Assembly: GCA_964626495.1 (NCBI GenBank)
Contig: CAZVFT010000004.1
Location: forward strand, 1-52,361
Length of the DNA: 52,361 nucleotides
Source of the DNA: an uncultured bacterium
Lineage (GTDB): Bacteria > Fidelibacterota > Marinisomatia > Marinisomatales > CAZVFT01
Direction: 5' to 3'
This document shows, in pieces, positions 34,542-43,329 of this stretch (the first letter of the stretch is position 1; the number at the start of each line of letters is the position of its first letter). The notes beneath the pieces are model-generated. The model did not search any database. It saw nothing but the letters and a program-made list of their open reading frames with translations, and was not told where the DNA came from. The translations under genes and the position numbers were made by a program.

Positions 34542-35417
34542 TCAACCAACATATTTACCAATGATTCGATCAATGATCTCTCCAATTCTCAACAGGTTTT
34601 CCTTCGTGGATGCACCAAGATGTGGAGTCATCAGGACATTAGGAGCATCCATTAGCGGCGAATCTTCTGGAGGATCGGAGTACCAGACATCGTTTCCAAA
34701 ACCTGCCAGTTTCCCGCTTTTTAAGGCTTCCGCTACATCCTCTTCAATAACGGTTTTTCCTCTTCCTGAGTTAATAAGATAAGCTCCATCTTTGAATTCA
34801 CTGAGAATCTCCTTGTTGATGATACCCTTCGTCTCATCAGTAAGAGGAAGGTGCAAAGAAACATAATCAGCAACACTCAGGACACCTTTCATATCTGGTT
34901 TCATTTCTGCAAAATCGTTGGATGTTACATAGGGATCATACGCTATAACCTTCATTCCAAACGCAATGGCTCGCTTTGCTACCTCCATTCCGATTCGCCC
35001 AAGACCAATAATTCCAAGAGTCTTTCCATACAACTCTGTCCGTTTTAACTGTTTCTTGAGCCACTTACCTTCATGCATGGATTGATCCGCCACAGAGAGA
35101 TGATTGGGAAGAGCAATCATGAGAGCAAAGGCTATTTCAGCTACAGCTATGGAAGAGGCTTCAGGTGTATTCCTGACTATGATTCCTTTCTCTTTTGCAT
35201 AATCCAAGTCTACATTATCCAGACCCACACCACCACGAATCACCAGTTTCAGGTTTGGTGCTGAATCGATGTATTCCTTTGTAACCTTAGTTTTACTTCG
35301 GACAAGTACAACTTCCGCTTCAGGAAGACGACTTTTATCATCGGTGACTTCTCCATATTTGGAAAGTATCTCCGGTAAACCCGGATCAAAAGCATCAGAT
35401 ATAAGTATTATCATCAT
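34542..35417 (-). CDS. serA: D-3-phosphoglycerate dehydrogenase-type 2-hydroxyacid dehydrogenase (short form, no ACT domain)
   Basis: 'GKTLGIIGLGRIGMEVA' NAD fold and 'NSGRGKTVIEEDVAEALKSGKLAGFGNDVW..P'. AAGGGG SD precedes the ATG pair at 35417/35414. The longest ORF starts at TTG 35432. Confidence 0.8.
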   Translation of the reverse strand: MMIILISDAFDPGLPEILSKYGEVTDDKSRLPEAEVVLVRSKTKVTKEYIDSAPNLKLVIRGGVGLDNVDLDYAKEKGIIVRNTPEASSIAVAEIAFALMIALPNHLSVADQSMHEGKWLKKQLKRTELYGKTLGIIGLGRIGMEVAKRAIAFGMKVIAYDPYVTSNDFAEMKPDMKGVLSVADYVSLHLPLTDETKGIINKEILSEFKDGAYLINSGRGKTVIEEDVAEALKSGKLAGFGNDVWYSDPPEDSPLMDAPNVLMTPHLGASTKENLLRIGEIIDRIIGKYVG

Positions 35418-35428
35418 TTTCCCCTTTC

Positions 35429-36673
35429 TCAATTAGTTAACAAATTAATGATCATTCCACTACGTAGTTTTGGTTCAAACCAAGTGGATTTCGGCGGCAT
35501 CACTTTTCCAGCATCAGCAACATTTAACAGCTGCTGAATTGACGTAGGATAAAGCGAAAAAGCCAATTTGTACTCATTAGAATCCACTAATCTCACCAGT
35601 TCCCTCGTTCCTCGGATCCCTCCAACGAAATTAATCCGTTTATCCGTTTTGGGGTCGCTGATTCCTAAAATAGGAGCGACGAGATTCTTTCCCAGAATTG
35701 CTACATCAATGGAGCCCGTTGGATCATCAGAATCAAATGTCCCATCTTTCGATATGAGTAAAAACCACTGTCCTTCACAATACATCCCAAAGGTGTGAGG
35801 TTCTGCTGGCGTTATTTCATTCTCATTGGGTTCAACAACAAACGTCTCTGAAACTTTCTGGAGGAGCTCTGATAATGATAACTCATTCAAATCCTTCACC
35901 ACTCGATTATATGCCAGAATGTTCAACTCAGAGTCGGGAAACATCACATTGAGAAAGTAATTGAATGGTTCATCTCTGGTGAAATCTGGATACTTTTTGC
36001 GAAAACGGCGGCACACTTCTGATGCGGACTGACTTCGATGATGACCATCGGCGATATAAAGATGGGGCAGTCTAGCAAATGCATTGACAATCTCTTTTAT
36101 AAGATTATCATCCGCCACTACCCAGAATTCGTGCCTAACATCATCGTCTGCAACAAAATCGATGGTGGAAGGACCTGAAGTGATTTTAAGGAATATTTCA
36201 GTAATCATCTCATCCTTCCGAAAAGTAGAAAATACGGGACCCACCTGAGCCTTAAGGAATTCAATATGGTTCGCTCGGTCGTTTACCTTTTCCGGGCGGG
36301 TATGTTCATGTTTTTTAATTAACCCGGCATCATATTCATCCACGGAAGTCAAAGCTACCAGTCCAGTTTGACTCTGCTCATTCATTGTCAACCGGTAGAG
36401 ATAAAAGCACAGCTTGGAATCACGAACCATCAATCCATTATCTACTAACTTTGTTAGATTATCCTTCCCCCGCTGATAGACTCTTTCGCTATAAGGATTA
36501 ACCGTGTCATCAAATTCCAATTCGGCTTTGTTCACCCGCAGGAAGGAATCTGGATTGTTCTTGGCTATTTTTCTGGCTTCTTGTGTGTTCAATACATCAT
36601 AGGGTGGAGAAGCTATTTCTTGGGCGAATTCTGGTTTTGGTCTTAAACCTCTGAATGGTTTTACAACTGACAA
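35429..36673 (-). CDS. DUF1015 family protein
   Basis: 'VKPFRGLRPKPEFAQEIASPPYDVLNTQEAR' and 'LYIADGHHRSQSA'. TTG start at 36673 with canonical GGAGGA 5 nt upstream. Confidence 0.8.
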   Translation of the reverse strand: MSVVKPFRGLRPKPEFAQEIASPPYDVLNTQEARKIAKNNPDSFLRVNKAELEFDDTVNPYSERVYQRGKDNLTKLVDNGLMVRDSKLCFYLYRLTMNEQSQTGLVALTSVDEYDAGLIKKHEHTRPEKVNDRANHIEFLKAQVGPVFSTFRKDEMITEIFLKITSGPSTIDFVADDDVRHEFWVVADDNLIKEIVNAFARLPHLYIADGHHRSQSASEVCRRFRKKYPDFTRDEPFNYFLNVMFPDSELNILAYNRVVKDLNELSLSELLQKVSETFVVEPNENEITPAEPHTFGMYCEGQWFLLISKDGTFDSDDPTGSIDVAILGKNLVAPILGISDPKTDKRINFVGGIRGTRELVRLVDSNEYKLAFSLYPTSIQQLLNVADAGKVMPPKSTWFEPKLRSGMIINLLTN

Positions 36674-36880
36674 TTTATCCTCCGTTCAAATATCAAGCAG
36701 TTCTGAAGTAAATATTGTGAGAAATATTAAGACAAAATGTCTTTATAATTCAATAGGTTTCTTCGTAAAAATGAAAGTACAAACTTCGATAAAGATGACA
36801 TTTTTAAACTTCCATTATTAAGTTAAATAGATTTTTTAAGGCGCACATATTTTAGGTATGTAATGACTTAGCCTAAATTA

Positions 36881-36911
36881 TTCACCACAAAGGTCGCAAA
36901 GAACCGCAAAG
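36881..36911. repeat. Word-stutter module 'ttcaccaCAAAGgtcgCAAAGaaccgCAAAG'
   Basis: CAAAG occurs three times at 9-10-nt spacing inside a 581-bp non-coding spacer. Confidence 0.65.
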
Positions 36912-36999
36912 TATTTTTATAATGGGAGTTACAATAATTTGCTGTTTCAACATAACGAAAAAGATTTTTCATAGACAATTCTTTTATCTTTAAACATAT

Positions 37000-37055
37000 C
37001 CGTGTTTATCTGCGTTCATCTGCCTGCCCCGCCCGCCTGACATCTTTCGGGCAGG
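37000..37055. repeat. Word-stutter 'ccgtgtttATCTGCgttcATCTGC' followed by a GC-rich hairpin
   Basis: ATCTGC occurs twice at 10-nt spacing (37000-37023). 'cctgccc' (37023-37029) pairs with 'gggcagg' (37049-37055). Confidence 0.6.
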
Positions 37056-37130
37056 TAGGGAAGAATGACCGTATCTGGGTGGCTGATGAATAGGTCAAGT
37101 TAGTTTTATATTGGGAATGAATTGGAGAAT

Positions 37131-37156
37131 CAAGTTCCAAGTTAAAAGTTACAAGT
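37131..37156. repeat. Word-stutter 'cAAGTTccAAGTTaaAAGTTacAAGT'
   Basis: AAGT(T) occurs four times at exact 7-nt spacing. Confidence 0.65.
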
Positions 37157-37254
37157 AATTAAGCAACTTTATCATCGGTAAATTGACACTTAAAACACGA
37201 ACCATAAACCTTTTTTCAAGAAACCATACCTAACTGAAAGGTAACATCCCATCG

Positions 37255-37851
37255 TTACGACAAACTCATTAATGCCTTTTTGATAATATCCTCGAGTTCT
37301 CCTTCAAACTCGTTTTTCCGCTTCATTTCTGATAAAGATTTAAATGCTTCTCCACGGGTATAGCCCAATGTAGTAAGAGCCTTCATTGCCCCGTCAAATT
37401 CCCCTGTCTCCTCCTTGCTCATTTCCTGGACAAACTGTTCTTCCTTTTCAACCACCAATTTTTCTTTCAACTCCAGAATGATTCTACCAGCAGTTTTTGG
37501 ACCAATTCCGGGTAGCGCTCGTAATGCTCCTACATCACCCGCAACAATGCGACGTCTGAAATCATCTGGATTGGTTCCAGACAGGATATTCATAGCAAGT
37601 TTGGGACCAATTTTACTGACCCCGATGAGCATATTAAAAAGATTACGCTCTTCGTGAGACTGAAAACCATATAATTCCAGTGCATCTTCCCGGACATTGA
37701 GATACGTCAACAGCTCTACTTCCTTACCGGTTGCAGGTAAACAATCAAACGTAGAGATGGGAATTGCGATGGATAATGATATCCCGCCAATGTCCACATT
37801 TACGGTGGTTGGTGTTTTATCTCGTAATTTTCCTTTGACTAAGTCGATCAT
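37255..37851 (-). CDS. ruvA: Holliday junction branch migration protein RuvA
   Basis: 'MIDLVKGKL', HhH 'LIGVSKIGPKLAMNIL' and 'LRALPGIGPKTAGRIILELK', 198 aa. Confidence 0.9.
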   Translation of the reverse strand: MIDLVKGKLRDKTPTTVNVDIGGISLSIAIPISTFDCLPATGKEVELLTYLNVREDALELYGFQSHEERNLFNMLIGVSKIGPKLAMNILSGTNPDDFRRRIVAGDVGALRALPGIGPKTAGRIILELKEKLVVEKEEQFVQEMSKEETGEFDGAMKALTTLGYTRGEAFKSLSEMKRKNEFEGELEDIIKKALMSLS

Positions 37852-37888
37852 AGCAAATAAACCTTTATAAGAGATTTCTGATCATATT

Positions 37889-38368
37889 TTACGATAATTT
37901 CATCTGATTCAAATGACACAGTCCTGCTGCGAGGGCATCAGTAATGTCGAAGGATGAAGGGGGTTCATCCAGTTTTAGAATAGATTTCACCATAAATTGA
38001 ACCTGTTCCTTGGAAGCAGCTCCACTCCCAACAACGGACATTTTAATTTTCCTTGGGGGATATTCAAAACACTTGATGTGTTGATGAGCTCCCGCCAGAA
38101 GAATAACTCCTCGTGCCTGACCCAATACAAGTGCTGTCCTTGGATTCTTACTGAAAAAAGATTCCTCAACAGCCATCTCAGTAGGTTGATACTCATGAAT
38201 AACTTGACAGATACGATCGTACAGAATAGATAACCGATCATAAATAGGTTTTTTTGCTGATGGAACAATAGTTCCAAATGTAACAACCTTAAGTGTGTCA
38301 TCATTACCTTCAATAACTCCAAAACCCGTAGTAGATATTCCCGGATCAATTCCAATCACTCGCACCAC
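37889..38368 (-). CDS. ruvC: Crossover junction endodeoxyribonuclease RuvC
   Basis: 'VIGIDPGISTTGFGVI', 'MAVEESFF', 'DITDALAAGLCH'. GTG start directly abuts the yebC stop. Confidence 0.9.
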   Translation of the reverse strand: MVRVIGIDPGISTTGFGVIEGNDDTLKVVTFGTIVPSAKKPIYDRLSILYDRICQVIHEYQPTEMAVEESFFSKNPRTALVLGQARGVILLAGAHQHIKCFEYPPRKIKMSVVGSGAASKEQVQFMVKSILKLDEPPSSFDITDALAAGLCHLNQMKLS

Positions 38369-39115
38369 TTATTCCACTCCCACCAACTCTTCATCAGGAA
38401 TATCAAAATTTGCATGAACTTTCTGAATGTCATCATGATCCTCCAGAGATTCCATCAGTTTCAGTACTTTCCCAACATCACTGCCTGTTACCCTCACGGT
38501 ATTTTTCGGCAGCATTTCAATCTCTGAGTTTCTAATGACGAATCCTTGTTTTTCCAGATACTCGTGGACATCAATCAAATGCTCAGGGGCTGTAGTAATT
38601 TCAAAAGCATCTTCCTCTTCAGAAAAATCTTCTCCTCCCCCTTCAATAATGTGCTCAAACAGAATATCTTCATTAACATCATCTTTATTAACAGTGAGCA
38701 ACCCCTTTTTTTCAAACATCCACGCTACACATCCAGGCTCACCAAGATTTCCACCATATCTGGTCATCAGATGGCGGAGCTCAGCCACTGTCCGTTTCCG
38801 GTTATCTGTCATCACCTCCACCATTATGGCTACTCCTCCGGGACCATATCCTTCAAAAATAGCCTCTTCATAGGAAACACCTGGAAGTTCACCGGTACCA
38901 CGCTGGATAGCACGCTTAATGTTATCGGCAGGCATATTGGCTGCCTTTGCCGTTAGAATAGCTTTCCGTAACCTGGGATTGGTATTCTCGTCACTGCTAC
39001 CAAGACGAGCTGCTATAGTGATCTCTCTTATGATCTTCGTGAATATTTTCCCCCGCTTCTGATCGAGAGCACCTTTCTTCCGCTTAATGGTTGACCATTT
39101 ACTGTGTCCGGACAT
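38369..39115 (-). CDS. yebC: YebC/PmpR family DNA-binding regulator
   Basis: 'MSGHSKWSTIKRKKGALDQKRGKIFTKIIREI', 248 aa. Confidence 0.9.
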   Translation of the reverse strand: MSGHSKWSTIKRKKGALDQKRGKIFTKIIREITIAARLGSSDENTNPRLRKAILTAKAANMPADNIKRAIQRGTGELPGVSYEEAIFEGYGPGGVAIMVEVMTDNRKRTVAELRHLMTRYGGNLGEPGCVAWMFEKKGLLTVNKDDVNEDILFEHIIEGGGEDFSEEEDAFEITTAPEHLIDVHEYLEKQGFVIRNSEIEMLPKNTVRVTGSDVGKVLKLMESLEDHDDIQKVHANFDIPDEELVGVE

Positions 39116-39229
39116 TTATTCTCTCAATTTCTAATTTTTAGAGTGACCAGTGAAACTTCCTGAAACGAATCTTTTAGAATTAAATCTAATGATCCATAAA
39201 AAATTGATTTTAAAACATATCTTTATCAA

Positions 39230-39249
39230 TACCATTAAAGAGTCCACTC
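39230..39249. repeat. Dispersed 20-mer, copy 2 (GAGTCCACTCCGAAAAGGTG)
   Basis: See 23316-23335. It is followed at 39281-39291 by 'tatattgttga', which also follows copy 1 at 23429-23439. Confidence 0.7.
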
Positions 39250-39519
39250 CGAAAAGGTGTTTTTACAAAAGTATGAGATTATTAACTTCATATATTGTTG
39301 AAGATAGACTTTTTGCATTAGCGAGAATTAGCGTAAACCTGTCAGGCTTTTGACTGATTCGCGGTTTCTGGAGTTCACTCATTCAACTTAAACAATAAAC
39401 GTTCCTTTCATTGTAATTTAGATATGAGAATTGTCGAGAACAACCCTTTTCCCGACGGAAATAAGTAGACGATTCCCCTTACAATTATCTTTTCCATTCT
39501 TACTAATTCGGATAATTTG

Positions 39520-39578
39520 CCACAAAAAAGCGTAAAGCGTAAAACGTGATATGTGATGCGTAAAACAGCCCGTCCCGA
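39520..39578. repeat. Word-stutter 'GCGTAAAGCGTAAAacGTGATatGTGATGCGTAAAac' plus GC-rich hairpin
   Basis: GCGTAAA occurs three times (39520, 39527, 39548). GTGAT occurs twice at 7-nt spacing. Hairpin 'tcccga-gttg-tcgggg' lies at 39563-39578. Confidence 0.65.
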
Positions 39579-39620
39579 GTTGTCGGGGATTTCCGGGGAA
39601 TTAACGAAACTAAAAAATAC

Positions 39621-40055
39621 TTACCAGACTTTTGGTTTGTAAATAACCTTTGTCCGGATAATCCAAGTGGATTTATACCCCATTTGCACTATTTGTTGTT
39701 GAATTTTCTCAGCTTCCGATCGATTTGTAAAATTACCCACTCGTACCTTGTAATTGGGGGAATCAAACACAACATAGATTTCTTCTCCAAACTGATAGAT
39801 CAGGCTGTCTCTAATTCCTTCTGCAATCTCATAATCTTTGGTGGAAATGACCTGAATCCGGTACCCTTGAACAGTGGAATCGGGACTTACCTGAGGAGCT
39901 TTTATCTGAACAACAGAGTCTGGCCAGATCATCATTGGCCATTCCAGTTCAGGTTCATCCAGCTGAAGTGGATCAAACGATTCATCAAAGTTTGTTGTAT
40001 TTTCTTGAGCCAATATCATGGTTAATAGAAAAATTGGTAGAATTATATTGTTCAT
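39621..40055 (-). CDS. SPOR domain protein
   Basis: C-terminal 'GYRIQVISTKDYEIAEGIRDSL...YKVRVGNFTNRSEAEKIQQQIVQMGY'. N-terminal signal/anchor. It starts 1 nt after the batE-like stop. Confidence 0.75.
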   Translation of the reverse strand: MNNIILPIFLLTMILAQENTTNFDESFDPLQLDEPELEWPMMIWPDSVVQIKAPQVSPDSTVQGYRIQVISTKDYEIAEGIRDSLIYQFGEEIYVVFDSPNYKVRVGNFTNRSEAEKIQQQIVQMGYKSTWIIRTKVIYKPKVW

Positions 40056-40056
40056 T

Positions 40057-40815
40057 TCACAGTCTCCTCAGGTGATCTGCTTTGAGCCACCCTTTTTTGC
40101 CATCGATAAGTTCAATTTCCAACCAGGGAAATTGCTCCTGTGTGATTTTTGCCTTTGTCCCTTCATGGACGATATACAACACTTTACCAATTTCTGTAGG
40201 TGAAGAATATACTTTGCCATCATCGGTAACGATAATAGCTTCATTAAGGTCAGACACTTCAAAACGTAAATCAATATAAATAAATAGAGAAATCATGGTA
40301 ATAATTAGTCCAATGGTTGATACTTTTTTAATCCAACTCCTCAAAGATGGGGAAGCAAAGCTGGATAAAGCAAATACCACAGAGGAAACAAGAAACAGAG
40401 AACTGATAAGTAACAACCATTGACGAGGGGAAAATCCGTGTTTGAGAGCCCCATACCACTCGATGAGAAAAAATCCTTCCGGAACCTCAACCCGGTCTAC
40501 TATCCGAGCATTAGAAACTTTTAAATTAAATCGAATATCTTCATCCTTGGGATGTAACTTCAAGCCCTTCTCATAAGCCCAGATAGCATCTCCCAATCTT
40601 CCTAATCGATAATAGGCATTCCCCAAATTATAATAGAGATCCACGTGTTCATATCCTTGTTGAATCACATGATTATAGAGATTTATCGCTTCAGCGTATC
40701 GCTGGTTTAGATAATGGTCATTTGCTTCCTGAAAGATACCATTCAGAAAGTCCTGCTGACAGAAAATCACCATCGGAATACAAAAAAAACAAATGATATA
40801 GCTTTTTATCTTCAT
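40057..40815 (-). CDS. batE: BatE-like protein (TPR + TM + SH3b)
   Basis: TPR 'YNLGNAYYRLGRLGDAIWAYEKGLKLHPKDEDI', TM segments, C-terminal SH3b-like 'WLEIELIDGKKGWLKADHL'. Confidence 0.65.
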   Translation of the reverse strand: MKIKSYIICFFCIPMVIFCQQDFLNGIFQEANDHYLNQRYAEAINLYNHVIQQGYEHVDLYYNLGNAYYRLGRLGDAIWAYEKGLKLHPKDEDIRFNLKVSNARIVDRVEVPEGFFLIEWYGALKHGFSPRQWLLLISSLFLVSSVVFALSSFASPSLRSWIKKVSTIGLIITMISLFIYIDLRFEVSDLNEAIIVTDDGKVYSSPTEIGKVLYIVHEGTKAKITQEQFPWLEIELIDGKKGWLKADHLRRL

Positions 40816-42575
40816 AGATTCGAATTGATTTCCTTTAGAAGTACCAGTACTTCTTTTGCCAGCAACACTGCACTCGTTTCCTCTGGAAGAGCTTCCGGCG
40901 AAAATCTACCCTGTTCACAGGTTGCCAAAATTTCAACTAGTCGATTGATCTTTTCACTGGGTATTCGATCATCAAGCATTTTTTTAACACTATCTGGATC
41001 GAGATTTGCAGAAGCAAAGTTTGTCTTATCACCAACATAATCATACACTGTTTGAGCAACCTGATCGTAAGATTCCGAGGTATGTATTTTCAATAACCTT
41101 TTACGAGTACGAGTCAAAGCTCCCCGTGCCCTTACCTTCGCGGGATCACGATTCCACTGAGACCGCAAAGTTCCCACTATTTTGGGTCCCCCAAACAGCA
41201 TTATAGCAATAAGATTCATCCAGATTACAAAAGCCGGCACCGATCTCTGACTTACCGACTTGAATCGAATTGAAGACGACCGGATATGTCGAATATCGCT
41301 TTCAAGCAGAACAATTTCATCCTTCGTCAATCCGGAAGAAGTAATATATCTTTCCTTACTTGGTTGAACTGTTAATTCAATTATTTTAGTAGATGCCTGT
41401 TTCCATTTACCAGATGCAGGATTAAAAAAAGACAACTCGCTCTGGGGAATTAAAAACCGTCCCTCCCGCCTTGGAATAATAATGTATTCCCAGCTTTTTA
41501 CACCAGAAATTTCGTCACGAAATCCCTTTTGAAATGTTACCTTCGGTTCATATACATCCAACCCTTCCGGAAATGACGGTTCTGTCAATTCAAAAAGATT
41601 AAAATTCCCAGTCCCTTCAAGCTCAATGATATATGATACGGCTTGGTTTGTTTCTGTTACCACAGTGTCAATAACATACATCAGAGAAAATTTCCCCACC
41701 GCTCCAGTATAATTATCAGGTCTATTTTCTATTGGAATTGGTTTTATTTTGAATTTTACAGGTACAGATCGGACAATCTGCTTGGCAGTTCGAGTAAAAA
41801 AGGAATCTGAGAAAAAATCGAAGTTAAAAGGAGAACGTCGCGTCTTAGAAGGGACTTCATAGGTACAGTTCAACACCATAGGATCCAGAACCAATTCCCC
41901 ACTCCTTGTGGGAAATAGTGCCACCTTGCTCAATGTCGCCACCTGATACCGAACTCCCTTCACAGAAGTCTCTCTGAATGTGGGTTGTCTCGGTACCGAT
42001 AACTCTTCCTGCCAGAAACCAATACATTCAGGTTTCTTCTCCACAGAATATTGACGAAGATTAACCCGTGAATACAATTTATAGTAAACCGTAATCTGTT
42101 CCCCCTGGAATGCTTCATTCTTATTCACCTTAACATCGAGAAATATAATCGGAGTTTCTTCAACAGTTTTAGCTCGCTTTTTTTTCTTTGTCTTCCTTTC
42201 CTGTCTAGTCTTTAACACTGTAATTGTTATTGATTTAAGGGTCTGTTTTTCTCCATCCACCACACACTTTAATGCAGGAATGGTTAATGAACCTGTCCGA
42301 TTGGGTAGCAATGTCCAGGACAGTGACTTTGTGCTGGACATCTGACCATTTATCCACTGATAACTGCTGCTTTGTGCCGGTCCGGAGATAATGGTAAAAT
42401 CTTTGATTTGCGTTATATCCACCTGTGGATAACCACTGGAGCCCTCTGTCACAACTTTGAAGTTAATGGTTTCATTCAGGGTAATCTGGTTGACGTCAAC
42501 TGTCGAATAAACCTTAACCTGACTGAAAATCGAAGAGACTAAGAAGAATATCATCATTAATCTATGGTACAGCAT
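40812..42575 (-). CDS. batD: BatD-like protein
   Basis: 587 aa. Signal peptide, repeated Ig-like segments, a TM near residue 440. Position between the batC-like and batE-like genes. Confidence 0.65.
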   Translation of the reverse strand: MLYHRLMMIFFLVSSIFSQVKVYSTVDVNQITLNETINFKVVTEGSSGYPQVDITQIKDFTIISGPAQSSSYQWINGQMSSTKSLSWTLLPNRTGSLTIPALKCVVDGEKQTLKSITITVLKTRQERKTKKKKRAKTVEETPIIFLDVKVNKNEAFQGEQITVYYKLYSRVNLRQYSVEKKPECIGFWQEELSVPRQPTFRETSVKGVRYQVATLSKVALFPTRSGELVLDPMVLNCTYEVPSKTRRSPFNFDFFSDSFFTRTAKQIVRSVPVKFKIKPIPIENRPDNYTGAVGKFSLMYVIDTVVTETNQAVSYIIELEGTGNFNLFELTEPSFPEGLDVYEPKVTFQKGFRDEISGVKSWEYIIIPRREGRFLIPQSELSFFNPASGKWKQASTKIIELTVQPSKERYITSSGLTKDEIVLLESDIRHIRSSSIRFKSVSQRSVPAFVIWMNLIAIMLFGGPKIVGTLRSQWNRDPAKVRARGALTRTRKRLLKIHTSESYDQVAQTVYDYVGDKTNFASANLDPDSVKKMLDDRIPSEKINRLVEILATCEQGRFSPEALPEETSAVLLAKEVLVLLKEINSNL

Positions 42576-42576
42576 T

Positions 42577-43329
42577 CTACCAATCTTTTTCCAGCTTTTT
42601 TGATTTGGCTGTTTCCAATCGCCTTTTCATTAAATTTTTCTCATCTGCTTTCAGAGCATTTAAAATCGCTTCTACACATGCCCGCCCTCCTTCAGAGGGA
42701 GCAGGCGGGTCAGGTTTATTGTCTTCCTCCTTCATCTCCTGAGGTTGTGGTTGAGACTGCTGCTTCTCAGATGTTTGTTCATCCTGGGGCATCTGTTGAG
42801 GTTGTGATTGTTCTTGTTCCCCCTCTTCACCTTCCTGAGGCTGTTTCTGTGGATTCTCCTGCTGACTTGTGGAATCCTGTTCTTGCGATTGTTCTGACTC
42901 AGGCGACTGTTGTTGTTGCATCTGTTGCAACATCAAGCGGCATAATTCATAGTTGTATTTTGCATCTACATCTTCGGGATTTAATTCAAGAGCTTTCCGA
43001 AATGAAGCACTACTTTCTTGATATCTCCCCTGTTGAAATAACGTATTTCCAAGATTGTAAAATACTTTCGATTTCAAACGTTTATCATCCAATGTTAAGC
43101 TGGATTCAAACTCTGAGAGCGCTTGCTCATAATCGCCCATGATGTAAGCCGAATGTCCTGCCCCAAAGTGAGCTTCCGCCATACCGGGATATTTTTGAAG
43201 AATTGATTCGTAATACTCCAGACCTTTGGAATCCGGTTCTAAGTTACTTTCTGTCTCAGATTCCTCCTGAGCAAAGAGTATCGAAAGGATTATTATCAAA
43301 AAACCTGATGCTCTACACAAACCGACCAT
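42577..43329 (-). CDS. batC: BatC-like TPR protein with long Q/E/S-rich low-complexity tail
   Basis: TPR 'AEAHFGAGHSAYIMGDYEQALSEFESSL' and 'YNLGNTLFQQGRYQESSASFRKALELNPEDVDAKYN'. Tail 'QQMQQQQSPESEQSQEQDSTSQQENPQKQPQEGEEGEQEQSQPQQ...'. Confidence 0.65.
   Translation of the reverse strand: MVGLCRASGFLIIILSILFAQEESETESNLEPDSKGLEYYESILQKYPGMAEAHFGAGHSAYIMGDYEQALSEFESSLTLDDKRLKSKVFYNLGNTLFQQGRYQESSASFRKALELNPEDVDAKYNYELCRLMLQQMQQQQSPESEQSQEQDSTSQQENPQKQPQEGEEGEQEQSQPQQMPQDEQTSEKQQSQPQPQEMKEEDNKPDPPAPSEGGRACVEAILNALKADEKNLMKRRLETAKSKKLEKDW

Noticed and set aside
36674-37254. Degraded ruvB or other pseudogene in the gap after ruvA
   Set aside because: No frame on either strand gives a Walker A/B or any extended open stretch (no ORF of 60 aa or more). 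The composition is that of AT-rich non-coding DNA.
37987-38956. ORFs 37987-38355 (-), 37997-38233 (+), 38535-38873 (+), 38546-38956 (+) overlapping ruvC and yebC
   Set aside because: These are alternative-frame or antisense ORFs inside two confidently identified, highly conserved genes. Their products are low-complexity or Ser/Ile-rich and have no motifs.
39150-39353. 67-aa ORF in the 505-bp spacer
   Set aside because: It has no SD. It has AT-rich codon content typical of non-coding DNA, spans the dispersed 20-mer and stutter repeats, and has no recognisable motif.
36881-39578. CRISPR array or minisatellite interpretation of the stuttered words
   Set aside because: The repeat units are only 5-7 nt, occur 2-4 times, have no regular 25-40-nt repeat/spacer architecture, and no cas genes are present.
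42564-43142. 192-aa plus-strand ORF antisense to batC
   Set aside because: It lies entirely inside the batC-like gene. It is open only because of the CAG/GAA-rich low-complexity tail on the other strand. It has no SD and no recognisable domain.
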